Part shown: piece by piece, positions 1-14,110 of the stretch
Numbering within the stretch: the stretch's first letter is position 1
Layout: every line of letters begins with the position of its first letter
Origin: Macrostomum hystrix
Lineage: Eukaryota; Animalia; Platyhelminthes
Length of the DNA stretch: 64,000 nt
Assembly (NCBI GenBank): GCA_950097015.1
Contig: CATNEN010000026.1
Span: forward strand, 496,001-560,000
Direction: 5' to 3'
The notes under the pieces: generated by a model
Told to the model about the DNA's origin: nothing
Database searches by the model: none
Seen by the model: only the letters and a program-made list of their open reading frames with translations
Position numbers and translations under genes: made by a program

Positions 1-22
1 CAATCACGTGTTTTATCATCAG

Positions 23-101
23 AGAAGTTTGAGCAAACCTGCTTCTAAAGGAGCTTATGAAGTTGCTTATTCGCTAACACGGATCTGCAACCAATCAACA
101 G
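23..101 (+). CDS. Possible internal coding exon of an unidentified plus-strand gene entering from the left edge
   Basis: ttttatcatcag| acceptor, open frame RSLSKPASKGAYEVAYSLTRICNQST+G, and ACAG|gtgac donor (phase 1). No homology recognised. Confidence 0.25.
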
Positions 102-302
102 GTGACACAATCTCATCCAGGAAAGACTAATACTACATAATTGATTTCGATTTCGTTTGTCTGAATCAATAAATAAGCGAGGTAGAGCTAAGAAAATATT
201 AATTTCAGAGTCAGAGTCAATCGATTATTTTTAATTAGCTAAAAAGGCAAGGAGTGCCTTGTACTCAAAACTTATCAAGTGTTTGGAGTGGCTGCTGTCA
301 TC

Positions 303-3300
303 TCATCCAGCAACTCACTGAACTGTCATCCAGCAACTCACTGAACTGTCATCCAGCAACTCACTGAACTGTCATCCAGCAACTCACTGAACTGTCATCC
401 AGCAACTCACTGAACTGTCATCCAGCAACTCACTGAACTGTCATCCAGCAACTCACTGAACTGAACTGTCATCCAGCAACTCACTGAACTGTCATCCAGC
501 AACTCACTGAACTGTCATCCAGCAACTCACTGAACTGTCATCTAGCAACTCACTGAACTGTCATCCAGCAACTCACTGAACTGTCATCCAGCAACTCACT
601 GAACTGTCATCCAGCAACTCACTGAACTGTCATCCAGCAACTCACTGAACTGAACTGTCATCCAGCAACTCACTGAACTGTCATCCAGCAACTCACTGAA
701 CTGTCATCCAGCAACTCACTGAACTGTCATCCAGCAACTCACTGAACTGTCATCCAGCAACTCACTGAACTGAACTGTCATCCAGCAACTCACTGAACTG
801 TCATCCAGCAACTCACTGAACTGTCATCCAGCAACTCACTGAACTGTCATCCAGCAACTCACTGAACTGTCATCTAGCAACTCACTGAACTGTCATCCAG
901 CAACTCACTGAACTGTCATCCAGCAATTCACTGAACTGTCATCCAGCAACTCACTGAACTGTCATCCAGCAACTCACTGAACTGTCATCCAGCAACTCAC
1001 TGAACTGTCATCCAGCAACTCACTGAACTGTCATCCAGCAACTCACTGAACTGTCATCCAGCAACTCACTGAACTGAACTGTCATCCAGCAACTCACTGA
1101 ACTGTCATCCAGCAACTCACTGAACTGTCATCCAGCAACTCACTGAACTGAACTGTCATCCAGCAACTCACTGAACTGTCATCCAGCAACTCACTGAACT
1201 GTCATCCAGCAACTCACTGAACTGTCATCCAGCAACTCACTGAACTGTCATCTAGCAACTCACTGAACTGTCATCCAGCAACTCACTGAACTGTCATCCA
1301 GCAATTCACTGAACTGTCATCCAGCAACTCACTGAACTGTCATCCAGCAACTCACTGAACTGAACTGTCATCCAGCAACTCACTGAACTGTCATCCAGCA
1401 ACTCACTGAACTGTCATCTAGCAACTCACTGAACTGTCATCCAGCAACTCACTGAACTGTCATCCAGCAATTCACTGAACTGAACTGTCATCCAGCAACT
1501 CACTGAACTGTCATCCAGCAACTCACTGAACTGTCATCCAGCAACTCACTGAACTGTCATCCAGCAACTCACTGAACTGTCATCCAGCAACTCACTGAAC
1601 TGTCATCCAGCGACTCACTGAACTGTCATCCAGCGACTCACTGAACTGTCATCCAGCAACTCACTGAACTGTCACCCAGCAACTCACTGAACTGTCATCC
1701 AGCAACTCACTGAACTGTCATCCAGCAACTCACTGAACTGTCATCCAGCAACTCACTGAACTGTCATCCAGCAACTCACTGAACTGTCATCTAGCAACTC
1801 ACTGAACTGTCATCCAGCAACTCACTGAACTGTCATCCAGCAACTCACTGAACTGTCATCCAGCAACTCACTGAACTGTCATCCAGCAACTCACTGAACT
1901 GTCATCCAGCAACTCACTGAACTGTCATCCAGCAATTCACTGAACTGTCATCGAGCAACTCACTGAACTGAACTGTCATCCAGCAACTCACTGAACTGTC
2001 ATCCAGCAACTCACTGAACTGTCATCCAGCAACTCACTGAACTGTCATCTAGCAACTCACTGAACTGTCATCCAGCAACTCACTGAACTGTCATCCAGCA
2101 ACTCACTGAACTGTCATCCAGCAACTCACTGAACTGTCATCCAGCGACTCACTGAACTGTCATCCAGCGACTCACTGAACTGTCATCCAGCAACTCACTG
2201 AACTGTCACCCAGCAACTCACTGAACTGTCATCCAGCAACTCACTGAACTGTCATCCAGCAACTCACTGAACTGTCATCCAGCAACTCACTGAACTGTCA
2301 TCCAGCAACTCACTGAACTGTCATCCAGCAACTCACTGAACTGTCACCCAGCAACTCACTGAACTGTCATCCAGCAACTCACTGAACTGTCATCCAGCAA
2401 CTCACTGAACTGTCATCCAGCAACTCACTGAACTGTCATCCAGCAACTCACTGAACTGTCATCTAGCAACTCACTGAACTGTCATCCAGCAACTCACTGA
2501 ACTGTCATCCAGCAACTCACTGAACTGTCATCCAGCAACTCACTGAACTGTCATCCAGCAACTCACTGAACTGAACTGTCATCCAGCAACTCACTGAACT
2601 GTCATCCAGCAACTCACTGAACTGTCATCCAGCAACTCACTGAACTGTCATCCAGCAACTCACTGAACTGTCATCTAGCAACTCACTGAACTGTCATCCA
2701 GCAACTCACTGAACTGTCATCCAGCAATTCACTGAACTGTCATCCAGCAACTCACTGAACTGTCATCCAGCAACTCACTGAACTGAACTGTCATCCAGCA
2801 ACTCACTGAACTGTCATCCAGCAACTCACTGAACTGTCATCTAGCAACTCACTGAACTGTCATCCAGCAACTCACTGAACTGTCATCCAGCAATTCACTG
2901 AACTGAACTGTCATCCAGCAACTCACTGAACTGTCATCCAGCAACTCACTGAACTGTCATCCAGCAACTCACTGAACTGTCATCCAGCAACTCACTGAAC
3001 TGTCATCCAGCAACTCACTGAACTGTCATCCAGCGACTCACTGAACTGTCATCCAGCGACTCACTGAACTGTCATCCAGCGACTCACTGAACTGTCATCC
3101 AGCGACTCACTGAACTGTCATCCAGCAACTCACTGAACTGTCATCCAGCAACTCACTGAACTGTCATCCAGCAACTCACTGAACTGTCATCCAGCGACTC
3201 ACTGAACTGTCATCCAGCAATTCACTGAACTGTCATCCAGCGACTCACTGAACTGTCATCCAGCGACTCACTGAACTGTCATCCAGCAATTCACTGAACT

Positions 3301-6300
3301 GTCATCCAGCGACTCACTGAACTGTCATCCAGCAACTCACTGAACTGTCATCCAGCAACTCACTGAACTGTCATCCAGCAACTCACTGAACTGTCATCCA
3401 GCAATTCACTGAACTGTCATCCAGCAACTCACTGAACTGTCATCCAGCAACTCACTGAACTGTCATCTAGCAACTCACTGAACTGTCATCCAGCAACTCA
3501 CTGAACTGTCATCCAGCAATTCACTGAACTGAACTGTCATCCAGCAACTCACTGAACTGTCATCCAGCAACTCACTGAACTGTCATCCAGCAACTCACTG
3601 AACTGTCATCCAGCAACTCACTGAACTGTCACCCAGCAACTCACTGAACTGTCATCCAGCAACTCACTGAACTGTCATCCAGCAACTCACTGAACTGTCA
3701 TCCAGCAACTCACTGAACTGTCATCCAGCAACTCACTGAACTGTCATCTAGCAACTCACTGAACTGTCATCCAGCAACTCACTGAACTGTCATCCAGCAA
3801 CTCACTGAACTGTCATCCAGCAACTCACTGAACTGTCATCCAGCAACTCACTGAACTGAACTGTCATCCAGCAACTCACTGAACTGTCATCCAGCAACTC
3901 ACTGAACTGTCATCCAGCAACTCACTGAACTGTCATCCAGCAACTCACTGAACTGAACTGTCATCCAGCAACTCACTGAACTGTCATCCAGCAACTCACT
4001 GAACTGTCATCCAGCAACTCACTGAACTGTCATCCAGCAACTCACTGAACTGTCATCTAGCAACTCACTGAACTGTCATCCAGCAACTCACTGAACTGTC
4101 ATCCAGCAATTCACTGAACTGTCATCCAGCAACTCACTGAACTGTCATCCAGCAACTCACTGAACTGAACTGTCATCCAGCAACTCACTGAACTGTCATC
4201 CAGCAACTCACTGAACTGTCATCCAGCAACTCACTGAACTGTCATCCAGCAACTCACTGAACTGTCATCCAGCAATTCACTGAACTGAACTGTCATCCAG
4301 CAACTCACTGAACTGTCATCCAGCAACTCACTGAACTGTCATCCAGCAACTCACTGAACTGTCATCCAGCAACTCACTGAACTGTCATCCAGCAACTCAC
4401 TGAACTGTCATCCAGCGACTCACTGAACTGTCATCCAGCGACTCACTGAACTGTCATCCAGCAACTCACTGAACTGTCACCCAGCAACTCACTGAACTGT
4501 CATCCAGCAACTCACTGAACTGTCATCCAGCAACTCACTGAACTGTCATCCAGCAACTCACTGAACTGTCATCTAGCAACTCACTGAACTGTCATCCAGC
4601 AACTCACTGAACTGTCATCCAGCAACTCACTGAACTGTCATCCAGCAACTCACTGAACTGTCATCCAGCAACTCACTGAACTGTCATCCAGCAACTCACT
4701 GAACTGTCATCCAGCAATTCACTGAACTGTCATCGAGCAACTCACTGAACTGAACTGTCATCCAGCAACTCACTGAACTGTCATCCAGCAACTCACTGAA
4801 CTGTCATCCAGCAACTCACTGAACTGTCATCTAGCAACTCACTGAACTGTCATCCAGCAACTCACTGAACTGTCATCCAGCAACTCACTGAACTGTCATC
4901 CAGCAACTCACTGAACTGACATCCAGCAACTCACTGAACTGAACTGTCATCCAGCAACTCACTGAACTGTCATCCAGCAACTCACTGAACTGTCATCCAG
5001 CAACTCACTGAACTGTCATCCAGCGACTCACTGAACTGTCATCCAGCAATTCACTGAACTGTCATCCAGCGACTCACTGAACTGTCATCCAGCGACTCAC
5101 TGAACTGTCATCCAGCAATTCACTGAACTGTCATCCAGCGACTCACTGAACTGTCATCCAGCAACTCACTGAACTGTCATCCAGCAACTCACTGAACTGT
5201 CATCCAGCGACTCACTGAACTGTCATCCAGCAACTCACTGAACTGTCATCCAGCGACTCACTGAACTGTCATCCAGCGACTCACTGAACTGTCATCCAGC
5301 AACTCACTGAACTGTCATCCAGCGACTCACTGAACTGTCATCCAGCGACTCACTGAACTGTCATCCAGCAACTCACTGAACTGTCATCCAGCAACTCACT
5401 GAACTGTCATCCAGCAACTCACTGAACTGTCATCCAGCGACTCACTGAACTGTCATCCAGCAATTCACTGAACTGTCATCCAGCGACTCACTGAACTGTC
5501 ATCCAGCAACTCACTGAACTGTCATCCAGCAACTCACTGAACTGTCATCCAGCAACTCACTGAACTGTCATCCAGCAACTCACTGAACTGTCATCCAGCA
5601 ACTCACTGAACTGTCATCCAGCAACTCACTGAACTGAACTGTCATCCAGCAACTCACTGAACTGTCATCCAGCAACTCACTGAACTGTCATCCAGCAACT
5701 CACTGAACTGTCATCCAGCAACTCACTGAACTGTCATCCAGCAACTCACTGAACTGTCATCCAGCAACTCACTGAACTGTCATCCAGCAACTCACTGAAC
5801 TGTCATCCAGCAATTCACTGAACTGTCATCCAGCAACTCACTGAACTGTCATCCAGCAATTCACTGAACTGTCATCCAGCAACTCACTGAACTGTCATCC
5901 AGCAACTCACTGAACTGTCATCCAGCAACTCACTGAACTGTCATCCAGCAATTCACTGAACTGTCATCCAGCAACTCACTGAACTGTCATCCAGCAACTC
6001 ACTGAACTGAACTGTCATCCAGCAACTCACTGAACTGTCATCCAGCAACTCACTGAACTGTCATCTAGCAACTCACTGAACTGAACTGTCATCCAGCAAC
6101 TCACTGAACTGTCATCCAGCAACTCACTGAACTGTCATCCAGCAACTCACTGAACTGTCATCCAGCAACTCACTGAACTGTCACCCAGCAACTCACTGAA
6201 CTGTCATCCAGCAACTCACTGAACTGTCATCCAGCAACTCACTGAACTGTCATCCAGCAACTCACTGAACTGTCATCCAGCAACTCACTGAACTGTCATC

Positions 6301-9300
6301 TAGCAACTCACTGAACTGTCATCCAGCAACTCACTGAACTGTCATCCAGCAACTCACTGAACTGTCATCCAGCAACTCACTGAACTGTCATCCAGCAACT
6401 CACTGAACTGAACTGTCATCCAGCAACTCACTGAACTGTCATCCAGCAACTCACTGAACTGTCATCCAGCAACTCACTGAACTGTCATCCAGCAACTCAC
6501 TGAACTGTCATCTAGCAACTCACTGAACTGTCATCCAGCAACTCACTGAACTGTCATCCAGCAATTCACTGAACTGTCATCCAGCAACTCACTGAACTGT
6601 CATCCAGCAACTCACTGAACTGAACTGTCATCCAGCAACTCACTGAACTGTCATCCAGCAACTCACTGAACTGTCATCTAGCAACTCACTGAACTGTCAT
6701 CCAGCAACTCACTGAACTGTCATCCAGCAACTCACTGAACTGAACTGTCATCCAGCAACTCACTGAACTGTCATCCAGCAACTCACTGAACTGTCATCCA
6801 GCAACTCACTGAACTGTCATCCAGCAACTCACTGAACTGTCATCCAGCAACTCACTGAACTGTCATCCAGCGACTCACTGAACTGTCATCCAGCGACTCA
6901 CTGAACTGTCATCCAGCAACTCACTGAACTGTCACCCAGCAACTCACTGAACTGTCATCCAGCAACTCACTGAACTGTCATCCAGCAACTCACTGAACTG
7001 TCATCCAGCAACTCACTGAACTGTCATCCAGCAACTCACTGAACTGTCATCTAGCAACTCACTGAACTGTCATCCAGCAACTCACTGAACTGTCATCCAG
7101 CAACTCACTGAACTGTCATCCAGCAACTCACTGAACTGTCATCCAGCAACTCACTGAACTGTCATCCAGCAACTCACTGAACTGTCATCCAGCAATTCAC
7201 TGAACTGTCATCGAGCAACTCACTGAACTGAACTGTCATCCAGCAACTCACTGAACTGTCATCCAGCAACTCACTGAACTGTCATCCAGCAACTCACTGA
7301 ACTGTCATCTAGCAACTCACTGAACTGTCATCCAGCAACTCACTGAACTGTCATCCAGCAACTCACTGAACTGTCATCCAGCAACTCACTGAACTGTCAT
7401 CCAGCAACTCACTGAACTGAACTGTCATCCAGCAACTCACTGAACTGTCATCCAGCAACTCACTGAACTGTCATCCAGCAACTCACTGAACTGTCATCCA
7501 GCAACTCACTGAACTGTCATCCAGCAACTCACTGAACTGTCATCTAGCAACTCACTGAACTGTCATCCAGCAACTCACTGAACTGTCATCCAGCAATTCA
7601 CTGAACTGTCATCCAGCAACTCACTGAACTGTCATCCGGCAACTCACTGAACTGTCATCCAGCGACTCACTGAACTGTCATCCGGCAACTCACTGAACTG
7701 TCATCCAGCAACTCACTGAACTGTCATCCAGCAACTCACTGAACTGTCATCCAGCAACTCACTGAACTGTCATCCAGCAACTCACTGAACTGTCATCTAG
7801 CAACTCACTGAACTGAACTGTCATCCAGCAACTCACTGAACTGTCATCCAGCAACTCACTGAACTGAACTGTCATCCAGCAACTCACTGAACTGTCATCC
7901 AGCAACTCACTGAACTGTCATCCAGCAACTCACTGAACTGTCATCCAGCAACTCACTGAACTGTCATCCAGCAACTCACTGAACTGTCATCCAGCAACTC
8001 ACTGAACTGTCATCCAGCAACTCACTGAACTGTCATCCAGCAACTCACTGAACTGTCATCCAGCAACTCACTGAACTGTCATCTAGCAACTCACTGAACT
8101 GTCATCCAGCAACTCACTGAACTGTCATCCAGCAACTCACTGAACTGTCATCCAGCAACTCACTGAACTGTCATCCAGCAACTCACTGAACTGTCATCCA
8201 GCAACTCACTGAACTGTCATCCAGCAACTCACTGAACTGTCATCCAGCAACTCACTGAACTGTCATCCAGCAACTCACTGAACTGTCATCCAGCAACTCA
8301 CTGAACTGTCATCCAGCAACTCACTGAACTGTCATCTAGCAACTCACTGAACTGTCATCCAGCAACTCACTGAACTGTCATCTAGCAACTCACTGAACTG
8401 AACTGTCATCCAGCAACTCACTGAACTGTCATCCAGCAACTCACTGAACTGTCATCCAGCAACTCACTGAACTGTCATCCAGCAACTCACTGAACTGTCA
8501 CCCAGCAACTCACTGAACTGTCATCCAGCAACTCACTGAACTGTCATCCAGCAACTCACTGAACTGTCATCCAGCAACTCACTGAACTGTCATCCAGCAA
8601 CTCACTGAACTGTCATCTAGCAACTCACTGAACTGTCATCCAGCAACTCACTGAACTGTCATCCAGCAACTCACTGAACTGTCATCCAGCAACTCACTGA
8701 ACTGTCATCCAGCAACTCACTGAACTGAACTGTCATCCAGCAACTCACTGAACTGTCATCCAGCAACTCACTGAACTGTCATCCAGCAACTCACTGAACT
8801 GTCATCCAGCAACTCACTGAACTGTCATCTAGCAACTCACTGAACTGTCATCCAGCAACTCACTGAACTGTCATCCAGCAATTCACTGAACTGTCATCCA
8901 GCAACTCACTGAACTGTCATCCAGCAACTCACTGAACTGAACTGTCATCCAGCAACTCACTGAACTGTCATCCAGCAACTCACTGAACTGTCATCTAGCA
9001 ACTCACTGAACTGTCATCCAGCAACTCACTGAACTGTCATCCAGCAACTCACTGAACTGAACTGTCATCCAGCAACTCACTGAACTGTCATCCAGCAACT
9101 CACTGAACTGTCATCCAGCAACTCACTGAACTGTCATCCAGCAACTCACTGAACTGTCATCCAGCAACTCACTGAACTGTCATCCAGCGACTCACTGAAC
9201 TGTCATCCAGCGACTCACTGAACTGTCATCCAGCAACTCACTGAACTGTCACCCAGCAACTCACTGAACTGTCATCCAGCAACTCACTGAACTGTCATCC

Positions 9301-11662
9301 AGCAACTCACTGAACTGTCATCCAGCAACTCACTGAACTGTCATCCAGCAACTCACTGAACTGTCATCTAGCAACTCACTGAACTGTCATCCAGCAACTC
9401 ACTGAACTGTCATCCAGCAACTCACTGAACTGTCATCCAGCAACTCACTGAACTGTCATCCAGCAACTCACTGAACTGTCATCCAGCAACTCACTGAACT
9501 GTCATCCAGCAATTCACTGAACTGTCATCGAGCAACTCACTGAACTGAACTGTCATCCAGCAACTCACTGAACTGTCATCCAGCAACTCACTGAACTGTC
9601 ATCCAGCAACTCACTGAACTGTCATCTAGCAACTCACTGAACTGTCATCCAGCAACTCACTGAACTGTCATCCAGCAACTCACTGAACTGTCATCCAGCA
9701 ACTCACTGAACTGTCATCCAGCAACTCACTGAACTGAACTGTCATCCAGCAACTCACTGAACTGTCATCCAGCAACTCACTGAACTGTCATCCAGCAACT
9801 CACTGAACTGTCATCCAGCAACTCACTGAACTGTCATCCAGCAACTCACTGAACTGTCATCTAGCAACTCACTGAACTGTCATCCAGCAACTCACTGAAC
9901 TGTCATCCAGCAATTCACTGAACTGTCATCCAGCAACTCACTGAACTGTCATCCGGCAACTCACTGAACTGTCATCCAGCGACTCACTGAACTGTCATCC
10001 GGCAACTCACTGAACTGTCATCCAGCAACTCACTGAACTGTCATCCAGCAACTCACTGAACTGTCATCCAGCAACTCACTGAACTGTCATCCAGCAACTC
10101 ACTGAACTGTCATCTAGCAACTCACTGAACTGAACTGTCATCCAGCAACTCACTGAACTGTCATCCAGCAACTCACTGAACTGAACTGTCATCCAGCAAC
10201 TCACTGAACTGTCATCCAGCAACTCACTGAACTGTCATCCAGCAACTCACTGAACTGTCATCCAGCAACTCACTGAACTGTCATCCAGCAACTCACTGAA
10301 CTGTCATCCAGCAACTCACTGAACTGTCATCCAGCAACTCACTGAACTGTCATCCAGCAACTCACTGAACTGTCATCCAGCAACTCACTGAACTGTCATC
10401 TAGCAACTCACTGAACTGTCATCCAGCAACTCACTGAACTGTCATCCAGCAACTCACTGAACTGTCATCCAGCAACTCACTGAACTGTCATCCAGCAACT
10501 CACTGAACTGTCATCCAGCAACTCACTGAACTGTCATCCAGCAACTCACTGAACTGTCATCCAGCAACTCACTGAACTGTCATCCAGCAACTCACTGAAC
10601 TGTCATCCAGCAACTCACTGAACTGTCATCCAGCAACTCACTGAACTGTCATCTAGCAACTCACTGAACTGTCATCCAGCAACTCACTGAACTGTCATCC
10701 AGCAACTCACTGAACTGTCATCCAGCAACTCACTGAACTGTCATCCAGCAACTCACTGAACTGTCATCCAGCAACTCACTGAACTGTCATCCAGCAACTC
10801 ACTGAACTGTCATCCAGCAACTCACTGAACTGTCATCCAGCAACTCACTGAACTGAACTGTCATCCAGCAACTCACTGAACTGTCATCCAGCAACTCACT
10901 GAACTGTCATCCAGCAACTCACTGAACTGTCATCCAGCAACTCACTGAACTGTCATCTAGCAACTCACTGAACTGAACTGTCATCCAGCAACTCACTGAA
11001 CTGAACTGTCATCTAGCAACTCACTGAACTGAACTGTCATCCAGCAACTCACTGAACTGTCATCCAGCAACTCACTGAACTGTCATCCGGCAACTCACTG
11101 AACTGTCATCCAGCAACTCACTGAACTGTCATCCAGCAACTCACTGAACTGTCATCCAGCAACTCACTGAACTGTCATCCAGCAACTCACTGAACTGTCA
11201 TCCAGCAACTCACTGAACTGTCATCTAGCAACTCACTGAACTGAACTGTCATCCAGCAACTCACTGAACTGTCATCTAGCAACTTACTGAACTGAACTGT
11301 CATCCAGCAACTCACTGAACTGAACTGTCATCTAGCAACTCACTGAACTGTCATCTAGCAACTCACTGAACTGAACTGTCATCCAGCAACTCACTGAACT
11401 GAACTGTCATCCAGCAACTCACTGAACTGTCATCCAGCAACTCACTGAACTGTCATCCAGCAACTCACTGAACTGTCATCCAGCAACTCACTGAACTGTC
11501 ATCCAGCAACTCACTGAACTGTCATCCAGCAACTCACTGAACTGTCATCCAGCAACTCACTGAACTGTCACCCAGCAACTCACTGAACTGTCATCCAGCA
11601 ACTCACTGAACTGTCATCCAGCAACTCACTGAACTGTCATCCAGCGACTCACTGAACTGTCA
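303..11662. repeat. 11.4-kb satellite, 23-bp unit TCATCCAGCAACTCACTGAACTG (about 490 copies)
   Basis: Unit read directly. Recurrent variants are tcTagc, gcGactc, caaTtc, caCcc, tcGagc, ccGgc and 28-bp units with an extra AACTG. Confidence 0.99.
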
Positions 11663-11724
11663 CCATCTCATATTGGATCGCTCATAACCAGTAGATCGTT
11701 GTATTAAAGGCAAATAATTTCAAG

Positions 11725-11855
11725 ATGGTATTGTTAATCAGAAACTGGAACTGCTGAAACAATCTCATCTGCAGTGTCAGTCTATATTTTACAAAAAAGC
11801 GTGTAGAAAATTGAACAGCGTGCAAAAACTGCCAACAGTTTTTGTTTACCTTTAA
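11725..11855 (+). CDS. Possible terminal exon matching the 23-101 exon
   Basis: tttcaag|AT is phase-compatible with the phase-1 donor at 101. It gives DGIVNQKLELLKQSHLQCQSIFYKKACRKLNSVQKLPTVFVYL*, with AATAAA downstream at 12165 and 12243. The acceptor is weak (AAG) and no homology was recognised. Confidence 0.25.
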
Positions 11856-12558
11856 CGAGAGCAGAAAAATTATCGAAAAAGCATGAGCGAATGCGCAATG
11901 CAATTCGCGGACTCATTGTATGTACAACTCATTGCATTGGCAATTCTTGTCTGAAGATCAACTAATCTGTTCTTTTTTGGACAAAACAAAGTAGAATACA
12001 CTATACACATTGAATACAGGCGCAAAAACAGCTTCTGGGGCGAACCAGTTCTGGGGCGCAAATGAGATCAAAGCCAGTCGAAGTGTGCACTAGGAGAAAT
12101 TATTACGTAAGTAACAAATTTTTCTATCCGACTTCTTGCGCGTGACATGACAGACAAAAAAAGAAATAAAACGAAAAACATGAACTAGCTACTCGTATGT
12201 CGGGGCGCAGAGCACCGTTTTTGTGGAGAAAATTGTACTAGAAATAAACATCAATTGAAATGGATTGCCATTGACCTATCTGTTAAAAGCAGAGCAGAAT
12301 TCGCCTAAGTTTTAAATTATATGGCAAAATGTTATTGAGGCTACTTACTATAAATACGTAAGTAGTGTGCATGGGAGCCGCTCTTAAATTCGCTTTTGTG
12401 TAGAAAAATGTGCAATCCACTCTTAACAGAGGCGTTGTCTATGGCCGGAAGTGGTCCACCCGGAGGCCGGCTATCAAAGGCCTGCAGGGGCTAGGAATGA
12501 GCTTCAGTGTCCGATTTCTAGTCCAGCGCCTCGGGATATCGAGATCGAATTGCTGGCG

Positions 12559-13610
12559 TCATGACGACTCAAGCAGGCGCACCAGGGGCAGATTGTCAAA
12601 GTCGTGACAGGGAAATCTGGCGTGATACCGCAGCAGTTCAGCGTCGCAGACAGGTGGATTTCGCCATCGGCGCAGCACCAGCACGCACTCGTAGGATAGC
12701 TCAGCGTTGCGCTGGTTCAACTGGCTGCTATTCAGCTGCGAAGTGCGCTCGATGATCTTTCGAACCAGTTGATCGTCGTCGACCTATAACCGAAGGCGAG
12801 AAAAATTCCGAGGTGAATCTTGGTGAATTTCTTCATTTTACTGGAAAAAGCAAATTACACTACTAATAAAAAAGCTCAGAAGTAGCAATGCATGAGTATA
12901 CAAAATGTTATTCCTCTTGCCTTGATCATGCGAACGCGGCGTTCGTCGCAGAACGACGCCACTAGTTTAAAGGTGGCCCGACGCCGCGGGTCGTTCCATA
13001 GGTTTTCTGGCAGGATACAGAACAATATCGAGTCATTGTCGCAGTTGCTGTTAAAATAATGTTTGAAATAAATTTCATTTTTATGAGTTGAATTTAGTAG
13101 GAATTAGTTGAATTAGTTGAATTAACGATTTAGACTCAGTCTACGTACGCATCCATTAAAATATACTAACTTGTTTTCCAGGTAGGCAAAGACACCCTTG
13201 AAGCCAGCTATTAGGCGGCCCTCAGCGTTCGCCTGAGCCAGGCACTGCTGCATTGACACATTCATCGTAGTCAGCTGGGACAATTCGTCATCAATCACCA
13301 TTGCGCTGCAAGGCAGAGAAGGTAAAGGTTACTCGCCTTAGCTTGCCGGAGCCAACGTATACGTTAATGTACATAATAAGAACTAGAAAAAACGGCCTTT
13401 AACAAGGCAGAGAAGGTAAAGGTTACTCGCCTTAGCTTGCCGGAGCTAAATGTTTAAAAAATGAAGCTGTAAAAAATGGCAGCTAACTTACCCAGTGGAG
13501 TCTGGCATAAAAGTATTGCTGCAGAGACAAATGTCGGGTGGCTCCTTAGCCATGTGAACTGCTTCTCGAATTGCTGGCCCCAATAGCTGCCTGTGAGCTG
13601 CTTCGTTCAT
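12559..13610 (-). CDS. GADD45: GADD45-like protein (L7Ae/Gadd45 family), 4 exons, about 201 aa
   Basis: Exons 13610-13492, 13305-13171, 13047-12921 and 12783-12559 join in phase (606 nt). Translation includes MQQCLAQANAEGRLIAGFKGVFAYL, DSILFCILP, RATFKLVASFCDERRVRMIKV, ELSYECVLV and LPLVRL. These parallel the GADD45 motifs (RTITVGVYE, VVLCLLA, HFTLIQAFCCENDINILRV, DLHCVLV, VPVINLP). Intron 3 is GC-AG. Confidence 0.8.
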
Positions 13611-13984
13611 GCGCACTAAATGTCGCTCGTTTAAGATTTCTGTTGAGAAGAAATTGAGATTGATTTAAATCCAGGTAGCTTGTAAAGCTTTAGCGATTCG
13701 GTTTTGGTTTTGTTTTGGTATTACTTTGTCTTTGTTGATCGTGGAATTCTTAAACCCGTGGTCGATTGCCGGCGCAAAAGGCTTAAATAAGCAGGGCCCG
13801 GGCAAGAATTCGTTCTTGTTGTCGTTCAATACGAGTGGACTGAGGGACCTCTTCCAGCCTTCCCTTACGTCCCAATTTTTCAAGGTCGACACGCGGAAAT
13901 TCCAGGGGAAGGACTGCACAGCCTACTGGGTACACTGAATGCTAAAAATAGCTCTAAGAAAACCGCTCCAAATCTAAGACCGCT

Positions 13985-14110
13985 TTGGGGCGGGGTGGGT
14001 GTGTGGTAAACCTGGCCAATAGGAGGTATCTGACGCAGCACTGACCTGCACTCGGGTCCACGCCACGCAGGGCTAGTATGGCCACCAGTGCAACACGAAG
14101 AATCAGTCAC
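13985..14110. promoter_or_regulatory. Candidate proximal promoter elements upstream of the GADD45-like gene
   Basis: GGGGCGGGG at 13987-13995, CCAAT at 14016-14020 and GTCACGTG near 14105, 0.4-0.5 kb upstream of the ATG. Motif match only. Confidence 0.3.
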
